From Bacillota bacterium (GTDB lineage Bacteria > Bacillota > Sulfobacillia > JAJYWN01): a DNA stretch of 64,000 nt. The stretch's first letter is position 1, and every line of letters begins with the position of its first letter. The notes below the pieces were generated by a model that was given only the letters and a program-made list of their open reading frames with translations, searched no databases and had not been told where the DNA came from. This document shows, one piece after another, positions 38,335-47,733 of this stretch. The translations under genes were made by a program, and so were the position numbers. Location of the stretch: assembly GCA_021791495.1 (NCBI GenBank), contig JAJYWN010000034.1, forward strand, positions 16,140-80,139, written 5' to 3'.

Positions 38335-40947
38335 GTGTCGGAGGGCCAGAAGAAAGTCACTTCACCCGAGGAATTCTTCGGTTTTCGTATGGGGAGCGAT
38401 CGGAAGATCGCCCGGTGGGACAAGATCGTCGAGTACTTTCAGCAGCTGGAGACCGAGACGGACCGCGTCAAGGTCGTGGACATGGGTAAGAGCACGGAGG
38501 GCAACCCCTTCCTCCTTGTCATCATTTCGTCGGCCACCAACCTCAAGAACCTGGAGCGGCTGCGCGAGATCAATGGCAGGCTGGCCGACCCGCGCGGGCT
38601 CGCTGAGGAAGATGCGCGACGGCTGGTGGGGCGCGGGAAGGCTGTGGTCTGCCAAAGCATGAGCCTGCACGCCACGGAGATCGGTGGCACGCAGATGTCG
38701 CCGGAACTGGCCTACGAACTGGTGACGGTGGACACACCGGACAACCGGGCCATCCTGGAGAACGTCATCTTCCTGATGATTCCCTGCTTCAACCCGGACG
38801 GCCAGATCATGGTCACCGACTGGTACAACCGGTGGCTGGGGACGGAGTACGAGGGGAGCGGCCAGCCCTGGCTATACCACAAGTACGCGGGCCACGACAA
38901 CAACCGCGACGCCTTCGCCCAGAACCTGCCCGAGTCGCAGTACATGGCCAAGGTCTTGTTGAGAGACTGGCACCCTCACGCCTACCAGGACCACCACCAT
39001 ATGGGCAGCTACGGGGCGCGGCTGTTCATCGTCCCTTACTGCGAGCCCATCCACCCCTACGCCGACCCGCTGGTGTGGCGCGAGGAGAGCTGGTACGGGG
39101 CCCACATGGCCTACAAGCTTGAAGAGAACGAAAAGTACGGCATCTTCAACGCCGGGCAGTATCCGGGGTGGGCCCACATGGGGTTCCACTGGCTGGCGGG
39201 CTACCATAATACGCCCAGCATGCTCACGGAATCGGCCAGCGCCAAGCTGGCGACGCCGCTGTTCATCCACCCGAGTCAGTTGGAGGGCGCCAGCAAGAAG
39301 ACCATGCCCAAGTACGAGGCCCAGACCAACTTCCCGCACCCGTGGGAGGGCGGCTGGTGGCGACTGCGCGACATCGTGGAGCAGCAGAAGATTTCGGCCT
39401 GGGCGCTGTTGGACCTGGCGGCGAAGCACCGGGAGACGGTGCTGTGGAACGGGTATTTGAAGGCGCGGCGGCAGACGGAGCGGGGGGCGGCGGAGGGTGA
39501 GCCGAAGGCCTACCTCATCGCGCCGGAGTTGGAGAACGACCCGTTGACGGCGCTGAAGCTAGTCCGGATGATGCTGAACCAAGGTGTGGAGGTCAAGGTG
39601 GCGGCGCGGGGTTTCGTTGCCGATGGGCGCGCCTATCCGCAAGGCACCTTCATCATCTACCTTGACCAGCCGAAGATGGGTGTCATAAAAACCTTGCTGG
39701 AGCGTACTTCCTTCCCCGATAACTACTGGACGCGGAACCCGGACGGGTCGCCCATCATCTACGACACCGCCACCGACACGGTGGGCGAGTTTATGGGTGT
39801 GCGCGTGCGGCGGGTGGATGAGCCCCTCCAGTGCAACTGGCGGACCGTCAAACAGGACGGAAAGCTGGGCACTGGTGGGTATGTCTCGTCACCGGTGGCG
39901 GCGCCGGCGGGATATGTCCTCGATTGCCGCCAAAACGACAGCTACCGTGTGGTCAACAGGCTTTTGGCCAAAGGGTTCCCGGTAAGCCGGTTCGCGGATA
40001 GGGTTCAGGTAAGGCAGCCTGGTCAGTACGCGGAGATCGAGTTCCCGGTCGGGGCCTTCTTCATCCAAGCCGCAAACGGCATGTTGGCCGATCAGGTCCG
40101 GGAAGCCCTATCCTCACAAGCCAGCGATACTGGTGTCGTGTTCTGGGGTGTGGCGGCGGCACCGGCTGTGGCAACGCGGCAGCTCAAACCCTTGCGGGTG
40201 GCTATGTACCAGCGGTATTACGGCGGGAACATCGACGAGGGCTGGACCAGATTCATCTTCGACCAGTTCGAGGTACCGTACACCACCGTCCGCGACGTCG
40301 ACATCAAGGCGGGCGGGCCGGCCTTGAAGGAGCGGTTTGACGTTCTCATCTTCCCCAGCGACCGCAAGCAGTTCATCGTCGACGTCACCAAACCCGATCG
40401 CGGCGAACCGGTCAACGAGTACGTCCGGCGGATGGTCGAGAACGTGCCGCCCGAGTTCAGGAGCGGCATTGGCGACGATGGGGTCAAGGCGGTCCGGGAA
40501 TTCGTCAAGGCCGGCGGGCGCCTGGTTGCTTTCGACGCGGCTTGCGACTTCGCCATCGACACCTGCGAGCTGAAGGTGAAGAACGTCCTGGCCGGCACGA
40601 CGTGGAAAGAGTTCCACTGCCCCGGCTCCACGCTGCGGGCGAAGGTGAACGTAGCGCACCCCCTGGCCTGGGGCATGCCGAAGGACGCCTGGGTGATGAA
40701 CTTCCGCAGCCCGGCCTTCTCCATCCAGGAGCGGGGTCACGCCGAAAACTACGAGGTAGTGGTGGAGTACCCAAAGAAGGACCTGCTCCAGAGCGGCTGG
40801 CTGGTGGGTGAGGACCGCATCGCCGGGAAGGCGGCCCTGCTGAACGTGAAGTGCGGCGAGGGGCAGGTCGTCCTCATCGGCTTCCGGGCCCAGTACCGGG
40901 CGCAGGCTCACGGGACGTTCAAGCTGCTGTTTAACTGCCTGGTGTAG
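38335..40947 (+). CDS. M14 zinc carboxypeptidase family protein with C-terminal GATase-like domain
   Basis: HATE, NPDG, HDNNRD, DHHHM motifs; DEGWTR..F, FV..GG.LV. Confidence 0.88.
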   Translation: MSEGQKKVTSPEEFFGFRMGSDRKIARWDKIVEYFQQLETETDRVKVVDMGKSTEGNPFLLVIISSATNLKNLERLREINGRLADPRGLAEEDARRLVGRGKAVVCQSMSLHATEIGGTQMSPELAYELVTVDTPDNRAILENVIFLMIPCFNPDGQIMVTDWYNRWLGTEYEGSGQPWLYHKYAGHDNNRDAFAQNLPESQYMAKVLLRDWHPHAYQDHHHMGSYGARLFIVPYCEPIHPYADPLVWREESWYGAHMAYKLEENEKYGIFNAGQYPGWAHMGFHWLAGYHNTPSMLTESASAKLATPLFIHPSQLEGASKKTMPKYEAQTNFPHPWEGGWWRLRDIVEQQKISAWALLDLAAKHRETVLWNGYLKARRQTERGAAEGEPKAYLIAPELENDPLTALKLVRMMLNQGVEVKVAARGFVADGRAYPQGTFIIYLDQPKMGVIKTLLERTSFPDNYWTRNPDGSPIIYDTATDTVGEFMGVRVRRVDEPLQCNWRTVKQDGKLGTGGYVSSPVAAPAGYVLDCRQNDSYRVVNRLLAKGFPVSRFADRVQVRQPGQYAEIEFPVGAFFIQAANGMLADQVREALSSQASDTGVVFWGVAAAPAVATRQLKPLRVAMYQRYYGGNIDEGWTRFIFDQFEVPYTTVRDVDIKAGGPALKERFDVLIFPSDRKQFIVDVTKPDRGEPVNEYVRRMVENVPPEFRSGIGDDGVKAVREFVKAGGRLVAFDAACDFAIDTCELKVKNVLAGTTWKEFHCPGSTLRAKVNVAHPLAWGMPKDAWVMNFRSPAFSIQERGHAENYEVVVEYPKKDLLQSGWLVGEDRIAGKAALLNVKCGEGQVVLIGFRAQYRAQAHGTFKLLFNCLV

Positions 40948-40974
40948 GCAGAAGCCAACACCGAGACAGAACAC

Positions 40975-41015
40975 AACGCCCGAGGACCCAGTATTTCGGT
41001 CCTCGGGCGTTCTTA
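40975..41015. terminator. Terminator between convergent genes
   Basis: AACGCCCGAGGACC...GGTCCTCGGGCGTT hairpin. Confidence 0.7.
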
Positions 41016-42092
41016 CGTAAGGGCCCTATCGATCAGGCCGTCCAGGTAAGGAGACACCTTTGGTAGGAGTTGACGCAGGTGCTGGTAAGGCACCAGCCTG
41101 TCGTGCTGCAAACGTCCGAGAACCAGGCCAGGGTGCCGGTCTATCGAGCGGGCAACGGCAAGAATGGTCTGCTTGGAGAAATGAGCACGGTGCGTCTGCG
41201 TGAAGCCTCTCCATGCGTCGGGGTTGATGATCCAGTCGCGCGCCCTATCGTTGGCTTCCATCTCCGCATGGCTTGGACTTGCGTCTTCAGAGTTGCAGAC
41301 ATAAGCCGCTCTGTGCCCAAGGGAGATGTGTGCCAGTTCATGACAAAGGGTGAACCAGAATGAGTCTACCCTATCGTACCTTAGGGAGAGGGCGATCACT
41401 GGAGAGTTACCGACGTAGAAGGCGGCGCCATCCATATATGTTTGGGGTAGGTGCGGCACCAGCGCAAATCTAATCCCCAAATCGGCCAGGGCGGCGGGAA
41501 CTCTTCGCACCGCCTCGAGATCAACGGTCTGAGCCAACAACGAGGGGATGTTCTTTCTGAGACCCTCAGCTGAAAAATGGCCAACCCGTTGGCCGCTCAC
41601 TAAGTGTTCAACCCGCTTCGCCCATGCGACAATGGCCAGGTTGTTGGGCCTCTTCCCTGAAGAGAGCCGGAAGTTCGCTGCTACTGCCGGCCACTCAGCC
41701 AAGGAATCAATACCAAGCAAGGAACCGACTTCCTCCAGAACCTTGTCGCCTTTGACCCAACCCCTTCGGACGAGATCACGTATAGGCAGCAGTCTATACA
41801 GCTCGCTCCGCAATCCGATTTGGTCGTCATAACCCTTCGCGGTGGCGATCTGGAGACGATAGTTTGCCTCGAGATTTACCCAGAACTGAGCCGGAAGACC
41901 GAGTGCACGCTCTAACTCCAGAGCGGTCTCCGGGGTGATGCGCTTGGTTCCCGCAACAATCTCAGTGATGGCCTGAGGCGGACGCTGCAGAATATCAGCG
42001 AGATCCTGTTGTGTCCAACCCCTAGCTTCCAGTTCTCTCTTCAGAATCCGTCCAGGGGGCACCGCCCGGGCGGGACTGATCTCCTCAACCAT
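41013..42092 (-). CDS. higA: HigA antitoxin (HTH) with ImmA/IrrE-like metallopeptidase domain
   Basis: PG..LK.EL..RGWTQ.DLA HTH; FWFTLCHELAH (HExxH). Confidence 0.9.
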   Translation of the reverse strand: MVEEISPARAVPPGRILKRELEARGWTQQDLADILQRPPQAITEIVAGTKRITPETALELERALGLPAQFWVNLEANYRLQIATAKGYDDQIGLRSELYRLLPIRDLVRRGWVKGDKVLEEVGSLLGIDSLAEWPAVAANFRLSSGKRPNNLAIVAWAKRVEHLVSGQRVGHFSAEGLRKNIPSLLAQTVDLEAVRRVPAALADLGIRFALVPHLPQTYMDGAAFYVGNSPVIALSLRYDRVDSFWFTLCHELAHISLGHRAAYVCNSEDASPSHAEMEANDRARDWIINPDAWRGFTQTHRAHFSKQTILAVARSIDRHPGLVLGRLQHDRLVPYQHLRQLLPKVSPYLDGLIDRALT

Positions 42093-42105
42093 TCCGTGGC
42101 CCTCC

Positions 42106-42414
42106 TCAGTGATAGTCCTCTACTCGGACCACAAGTAGATAGCGGCCGTTTGAGTCCTCCAACGGTTTCACCACTAGTCTCCACTGGTCATTCAATCTTA
42201 ACGATCGCTCTCTTTCCTTGGCACGCCTACCTTTTAGCTTCTCGTACCGGAACCCTTTCTGCAACCGCAACCCGCGCTCGTCGGGCATGGCCGCGATGAC
42301 CGCCATAGCTTCGAAGAACGCCTCTATGACCTGAGAGGGGTAGGCTCTAGCCCCTCTCTCCGCCGTGTAGAGATCGCGTAGTTTTTCGTCAAGGAATCTG
42401 AACCGCAACTGCAA
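42106..42414 (-). CDS. higB: HigB (RelE superfamily) toxin
   Basis: EKLKG.R...S.RLNDQWRL, terminal DYH; upstream of higA. Confidence 0.9.
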   Translation of the reverse strand: MQLRFRFLDEKLRDLYTAERGARAYPSQVIEAFFEAMAVIAAMPDERGLRLQKGFRYEKLKGRRAKERERSLRLNDQWRLVVKPLEDSNGRYLLVVRVEDYH

Positions 42415-42484
42415 AGCTCCTTTGCGGAGGCCACGGCTGCCATCTACCCTGATTCTACCAGAAAGTCACGAGGTCATCAAGGAC

Positions 42485-42513
42485 GCTGAATTCACCCTTA
42501 GGGTGAATTCAGC
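42485..42513. promoter_or_regulatory. Perfect 14-1-14 palindrome upstream of higBA (likely operator)
   Basis: GCTGAATTCACCCT-T-AGGGTGAATTCAGC. Confidence 0.65.
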
Positions 42514-42582
42514 AATATCACCAAGAGCCGCTGCTGGCCAGCAGGCCTGGTGCTCCAGCCGCACCTCATGGCGGTGACGGCC

Positions 42583-43692
42583 CTATGCCGGCGTAGCCTC
42601 TTTCCCAGACACCCCGCTCAGATCGAAGGCCGGGATCAGGGCTTTCCCCGCCGACGACAGGTCCTGGGCGAACCCGTCGGTGAGTCCGATGTCCACACAA
42701 AAGTCCAATACCTCGCCGTACTCTGTCAGCGTCAGGCGCCGGTCGATCTCCGGGTAGCGGCTGGCGTGGTGCAGCGGGGTGTACTGTGCCATGAGACTTA
42801 CGAGGACGCCCTCCGGCAGGTTCTCCTTGATCCAGCGTAGGACGCGCTTGCTGTCCTCGACCATCCCGGGCAGCACCAGGTGCCGCACAATGACGCCACG
42901 CCGGATCATCCCCTCATCATCGAATTCAGTCGGGCCGACCTGAGTAGCCATGGCGGCGATGGCCCGGGAGGCGATTTCGAAGTAGCGGGGTGCCGCCGAA
43001 TACCGGAGGGAGGCTGGGGAACGGCGCGGCGGCTGCGGCGGGCGCACCGGGGGCAGCGGCCGCTGCGTGTGCGGACGCGGTACGTGCGGGCGCGGAAGGC
43101 TGGCAGAAGTCGTTGGCGCATCGTCCGCCGTTAACTCAGATGCCTCCACCTCCGGTCCGTACTTGAAATCCGGAAGGTAAACGTCCACCGCCCCGCGGAG
43201 CATCTTAATGGCTTCCACCGTTTCATAACCGTTGGAGTTATGGACGATGGGAAGCCTTAGCCCACTGCGCCGCGCCCATGCCACCGCTTCAACGATCATG
43301 GGCAAATAGGGAGTGGGTGAAACCAGGTTGATGTTGTGGGCACCCTCCTGCTGCAGCCGGAGGAAGATCTGGGAGAGATCGTCCACGGTGATTTCTTTCC
43401 CCGCGACTTCCCGCCCCGCGTCGCCACCCTGGCTGATGGGGTAGTTCTGGCAGAAGACGCACCTCAGGTTGCAGTGGCTGAAGAAGACGGCACCCGACCC
43501 GCGTGTGCCCGACAGGCACGGCTCCTCTCCGAAATGGAGCGCCGCCCTGGCCAGCTTGGGGCGGGCCCCGGCGCCACAGTAGCCTCTCCTGCCGGCCGTC
43601 CGGTCGTTGCCACACCGGCGCGGGCACAGGGTGCAAGTCTTAAGAAGGTCTCCGAGTTCTCCGTGTTCTCCGTGTTCTCCGAGCGCGGTCAT
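42583..43692 (-). CDS. PflX-like radical SAM protein
   Basis: C.LCPR.C, HFGEEPC.SG..GSG, CNLRCVFCQN, YLPDFKY, RHLVLPG. Confidence 0.9.
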   Translation of the reverse strand: MTALGEHGEHGELGDLLKTCTLCPRRCGNDRTAGRRGYCGAGARPKLARAALHFGEEPCLSGTRGSGAVFFSHCNLRCVFCQNYPISQGGDAGREVAGKEITVDDLSQIFLRLQQEGAHNINLVSPTPYLPMIVEAVAWARRSGLRLPIVHNSNGYETVEAIKMLRGAVDVYLPDFKYGPEVEASELTADDAPTTSASLPRPHVPRPHTQRPLPPVRPPQPPRRSPASLRYSAAPRYFEIASRAIAAMATQVGPTEFDDEGMIRRGVIVRHLVLPGMVEDSKRVLRWIKENLPEGVLVSLMAQYTPLHHASRYPEIDRRLTLTEYGEVLDFCVDIGLTDGFAQDLSSAGKALIPAFDLSGVSGKEATPA

Positions 43693-43889
43693 ACCGTCAT
43701 TGTACCGCCTTCGAGGGCTCTTTGGAGGGAATCCGTCTATTCCTGACAATCTCGCATAAAAACGTTCGGTAAAAGAAGGATAATCCGGTTTTGGATAGAA
43801 TCGAGTTGCCTAATTACCCTGAAAAGAACGGCCAAGTAGCATAGTCCACAGTAGGTGCCTGCTAGACAGCAGGTTCAAGTCCATATTTC

Positions 43890-44110
43890 GGAAGGGTGCC
43901 TAGGGTTCCGCCGCCCCCCACCTTCACTCAGCCTCGGGCTAGGTGAAGAGAAGGGCGGGACAGGTCCAAGCGGCGCCACCCTGACGGCCGGTGGAGCGTT
44001 CGACGGTAGAGAGGCGGAGGCTCCAGGCCACCGACCGGCGGGGTACACCGTGGGTAGAAAAGACCCAAGCGGCAAGTTCCTACGAGCTGCCCTTGGGTCT
44101 TTTTCTTTTT
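43890..44110 (+). promoter_or_regulatory. ykkC-I subtype 2a (ppGpp) riboswitch with overlapping terminator
   Basis: GGAAG..CCTAGGGTTCCG ... GGTCCAAGCGG ... ACACCGTGGG..AAAAGACCCAAGCGGCAAGTTCC with P0 GGAA/TTCC; terminator AAGACCCAAG/CTTGGGTCTT plus T tract; upstream of BCAA genes. Confidence 0.88.
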
Positions 44111-44212
44111 GCCCGGAAGCACGGCCGGTGCAGCTCGGGAAAACCGCGGGCATGGGCACGGAAAGCACGGAAAGCAGGGATAGGAAAGAAAGCAGGGAAA
44201 GGAAGGAAAGTC

Positions 44213-45877
44213 GTGGCGGACATCGGGAGACCGGTAACAACAACAGACCAGCCCAAACCAGCCAAGCAAGTGGAGATCTTCGACACCACCCTACGTGACG
44301 GCGAGCAAACCCCCGGTGTAGGTCTTAGCGTCCGTGAGAAGCTGGAAATCGCCGAGCAGCTAGTGCGGCTCCGCGTGGATATTATTGAGGCGGGGTTCCC
44401 CATTTCCTCGCCGGGCGACTTTGAGGCCGTCCGCGCCGTGTCCCGCGCCGTGCAGGGGAGCGGCGTCACCGTCTGCGGCCTGGCGCGCACGCGCCAGGAA
44501 GACATCGACCGTTCTTGGGAGGCCATCCGCGACTCCGAGCGGCCCCGCATCCACATCTTCATCGCCACCTCGCCGGTGCACATGAAGCACAAACTCCGCC
44601 TGACCGAGGACGAAGTCCTCCAGGCCGCCGAGGACATGACCCGCTACGCCGCCTCCACCGGCGCCGAGGTGGAGTTCTCGGCCGAGGACGCCACGCGCTC
44701 CGAGCCGGAGTTCGTGCGCCAGGTTTTCCGCCGCGCCGCCGCCGCCGGGGCCCACGTCCTGAACGTCCCGGACACGGTCGGTTACACCACTCCGGCGGAA
44801 TACAAGACCCTGCTGGAATTCCTGATGGCCGACATCATGCCGGCCCACCCCAAGGTCAAATTCTCCGTCCACTGTCACAACGACTTGGGCTTGGCCGTGG
44901 CCAACTCCATGACGGCGGTGACCGTGGGGGTGACCCAGATCGAGTGCACCATCAACGGCCTGGGCGAGAGAGCCGGCAACACTTCCATGGAAGAGGTCGT
45001 CATGGGCCTCTATACCAGAAGAAGCTACTACCAGACGAACTGCTGTATCGACACTCGCCAGATCGCCCGCTCCAGCCGCCTGGTCACCACCCTCACCGGC
45101 ATCCCCGTCCAGCCTAACAAGGCCATCGTCGGCACCAACGCCTTCGCCCACCAGTCCGGCATCCATCAGGACGGAGTCTTGAAACAACCTCTCACTTACG
45201 AAATCATGCGCCCGGAAGACGTGGGCCTGGCCGGCAGCGCGCTGGTCCTCGGCAAACTCTCCGGGCGTCACGCTTTCCGGCAGCGCCTGGCGGAGATGGG
45301 CTACACCCTCACCCCCGCCCGCCTGGACCGGGTCTTCGCCCGGTTCAAGGAACTGGCCGACCGCAAACGCGATATCACCCAGCGCGACTTGGAAGCCCTC
45401 CTCGAGGACGAGGTGGTCGACGGGCCGGAGACCATCAGTCTGGAGTCCTTCCACGTGGTGGCTGGCAACGGCGCCATCCCCACCGCCACCGTGCGTGTGC
45501 GCGTCGGGTCGGAGACCAAGCAGGAAGCCTGCCTCGGCACCGGCCCGGTGGACGCCGTTTTCCGCGCCCTGGCGCGGGCCATCGGCCTCGGCGACGAAGC
45601 CGGCCTGAAGCTGGCCGATTACTCCTTGAAAGCCGTGACTAGCGGTGAGGACGCCCTGGGCGAGGCCACGCTCCGCCTGGAGATGGGCGGCCGAACGGCG
45701 CTGGGCCGCGGCGTAAGTACGGACGTCATCGAGGCCAGCGCGCTGGCCTACGTCAAAGCCTTGAACAGACTGCTCGGGTCAGCCGAGTCGAGTCGCCCCA
45801 CCGCCGCCGAAGGTGGCGCCAGCGGGGGGGCCGTCTCCGACGCCGGCCGGCTCGAAAGGGGGACCGCTCCGGAATGA
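44213..45877 (+). CDS. leuA: 2-isopropylmalate synthase
   Basis: FDTTLRDGEQ, HCHND.G, GERAGN, H.SGIHQDG; C-terminal regulatory domain. Confidence 0.96.
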   Translation: MADIGRPVTTTDQPKPAKQVEIFDTTLRDGEQTPGVGLSVREKLEIAEQLVRLRVDIIEAGFPISSPGDFEAVRAVSRAVQGSGVTVCGLARTRQEDIDRSWEAIRDSERPRIHIFIATSPVHMKHKLRLTEDEVLQAAEDMTRYAASTGAEVEFSAEDATRSEPEFVRQVFRRAAAAGAHVLNVPDTVGYTTPAEYKTLLEFLMADIMPAHPKVKFSVHCHNDLGLAVANSMTAVTVGVTQIECTINGLGERAGNTSMEEVVMGLYTRRSYYQTNCCIDTRQIARSSRLVTTLTGIPVQPNKAIVGTNAFAHQSGIHQDGVLKQPLTYEIMRPEDVGLAGSALVLGKLSGRHAFRQRLAEMGYTLTPARLDRVFARFKELADRKRDITQRDLEALLEDEVVDGPETISLESFHVVAGNGAIPTATVRVRVGSETKQEACLGTGPVDAVFRALARAIGLGDEAGLKLADYSLKAVTSGEDALGEATLRLEMGGRTALGRGVSTDVIEASALAYVKALNRLLGSAESSRPTAAEGGASGGAVSDAGRLERGTAPE

Positions 45878-47190
45878 GCCTGACGCTGGATATTTTCTCC
45901 GCCCGCGCTGGAAAGCGGGTGGAGCCGGGAGAACTGGTCGAAGTCGATATCGACCTGGTCCTGGCTAACGACATCACCGTTCCTCTCTCCATTCCAGAGT
46001 TCAACAAGATCGGGGTCAAGAAGGTCTTTGACCCGCGGCGGATCGTGCTGGTGAACGACCACTTCGTGCCGAATAAGGACATCCTTTCGGCCGAACAGGC
46101 GGCCATGGCGCGTCGTTTCGCCCGGGAGCAGGGGCTACCATACTTCTTCGACGTGGGCACCATGGGCGTGGAGCACGCGCTCCTGCCCGAACAGGGGTTC
46201 ATTTCGCCCGGCATGATCATGGTCGGGGCCGACTCCCATACCTGCACTTACGGCGCGTTGGGCGCCTTCTCCACCGGCGTCGGCAGCACCGATGCCGCCG
46301 TGGCCATGGCCACCGGCCGGATGTGGTTCCGCATCCCGCCCAGCATCCAGGTACGTTTCGAAGGGAAGGCCAAGCCCTGGGTGGGCGGCAAGGACTTCAT
46401 CCTCTACGCCCTCTCCAGGCTCGGCGTGGATGGTGCCCGGTACGCCTCCCTGGAGTTCGCCGGCGAGGCCATCTCCGCGCTATCTATGGAAGGCCGCCTG
46501 ACCATGTGCAACATGGCCGTGGAACTGGGCGCTAAGAACGGCATCGTGGCCGAGGACGACGTCACCCGCGCTTACCTGGCGGGTCGGACGCGTCGCCCCG
46601 GAGTGGAGCCGCGGGTGGCGTGGCCGCCGCGGACGCAGACGTCGTCCTCTGTGGCTGTTGGGCAGTCCAAGGCCAAGGCCGCGGATGACGGCAGCTACGC
46701 CGCCGTCCACGTCTACGACGCCAGCAAGATCGAACCCATGGTCGCCCGCCCACACCTTCCTTCCAACGGCGCCGCCGCGGCCGACCTGTCCGGCACCCGC
46801 ATCGATCAGGTGGTCATCGGCTCCTGCACCAACGGGCGCCTGGAGGACCTTCAGGTGGCCGCCCGCATCCTGACCGGCCGCAAAGTCCACCCGGACGTGC
46901 GCTGCATCATCATCCCAGCTACACCCACCATCTACCGGCAGGCCATGGAGCAGGGGCTCATCGAGGCCTTTATGGAAGCGGGCGCCGCCGTGAGCACACC
47001 CACCTGCGGGCCGTGCTTGGGCGGCTACATGGGTGTCTTGGCCGCCGGCGAGCGCTGCGTGGCCACCACGAACCGCAACTTCGTCGGCCGCATGGGGCAC
47101 CGCACCAGTGAAGTCTACCTGGCCGGCCCCGCTGTGGCCGCTGCCTCGGCCATCCTGGGCCGCGTGGCGACTCCCGAGGAGGTGGCCTAA
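45874..47190 (+). CDS. leuC: 3-isopropylmalate dehydratase large subunit
   Basis: DSHTCT.G, IGSCTNGR, CGPCLG, TNRNF.GR. Confidence 0.96.
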   Translation: MSLTLDIFSARAGKRVEPGELVEVDIDLVLANDITVPLSIPEFNKIGVKKVFDPRRIVLVNDHFVPNKDILSAEQAAMARRFAREQGLPYFFDVGTMGVEHALLPEQGFISPGMIMVGADSHTCTYGALGAFSTGVGSTDAAVAMATGRMWFRIPPSIQVRFEGKAKPWVGGKDFILYALSRLGVDGARYASLEFAGEAISALSMEGRLTMCNMAVELGAKNGIVAEDDVTRAYLAGRTRRPGVEPRVAWPPRTQTSSSVAVGQSKAKAADDGSYAAVHVYDASKIEPMVARPHLPSNGAAAADLSGTRIDQVVIGSCTNGRLEDLQVAARILTGRKVHPDVRCIIIPATPTIYRQAMEQGLIEAFMEAGAAVSTPTCGPCLGGYMGVLAAGERCVATTNRNFVGRMGHRTSEVYLAGPAVAAASAILGRVATPEEVA

Positions 47191-47733
47191 ATGGCCAAGG
47201 TTTGGCGGTACGGCGATAACATCGACACCGACGCCATCATCCCGGCGCGTTACCTGAACACCTGGGACGCCGCGGAACTGGCGAGACATTGTTTTGAGGA
47301 CGTGGACCAGACCTTTGCCGCCGGCGTCCGGCCCGGCGACGTGGTCGTGGGCGGCACGAACTTCGGTTGCGGCAGTTCGCGCGAACACGCTCCGGTAGCC
47401 TTGAAGGCAGCCGGCGTCAGCTTCGTGGTGGCGGCCAACTACGCCCGCATCTTCTTCCGCAACTCCATCAACATCGGTCTGCCGCTGGTCGAGGCTCCCG
47501 ATGCCGTAGGCTCCATCAAGGCCGGCGACGACGTGACCTTCGACAGCGCCGCCGGGGTGCTGACCAACCGCACCACCGGCCAGTCCTGGACCGTCCGCCC
47601 CTTCCCGGCGTTCCTGACCGAGATCGTCGCCGCGGGCGGGCTCATCCCGTTGACGCGCCGCCGTCTGGGCCTGGAGGGCGGGACGAGCGCCGGCGAGGGC
47701 GGCGGGGATGCTGGGGAGGGGGATGACCGATGA
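47191..47733 (+). CDS. leuD: 3-isopropylmalate dehydratase small subunit
   Basis: IDTD.IIP, NFGCGSSREHA, ARIFFRN. Confidence 0.96.
   Translation: MAKVWRYGDNIDTDAIIPARYLNTWDAAELARHCFEDVDQTFAAGVRPGDVVVGGTNFGCGSSREHAPVALKAAGVSFVVAANYARIFFRNSINIGLPLVEAPDAVGSIKAGDDVTFDSAAGVLTNRTTGQSWTVRPFPAFLTEIVAAGGLIPLTRRRLGLEGGTSAGEGGGDAGEGDDR

Noticed and set aside
43872-43882. GGTTCAAGTCC match to the tRNA-Leu(GAG) T-arm as a possible attR
   Set aside because: Only 11 bp, it does not extend to the tRNA 3' end, and no integrase is present in the window.
44156-44209. Repeats as a CRISPR array
   Set aside because: 9-bp degenerate tandem units without spacers; no cas genes. No CRISPR array was seen in the window.
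43991-44212. Extended N-terminus of LeuA in the ORF track
   Set aside because: It runs through the riboswitch and terminator; the GTG at 44213 is the more plausible start.
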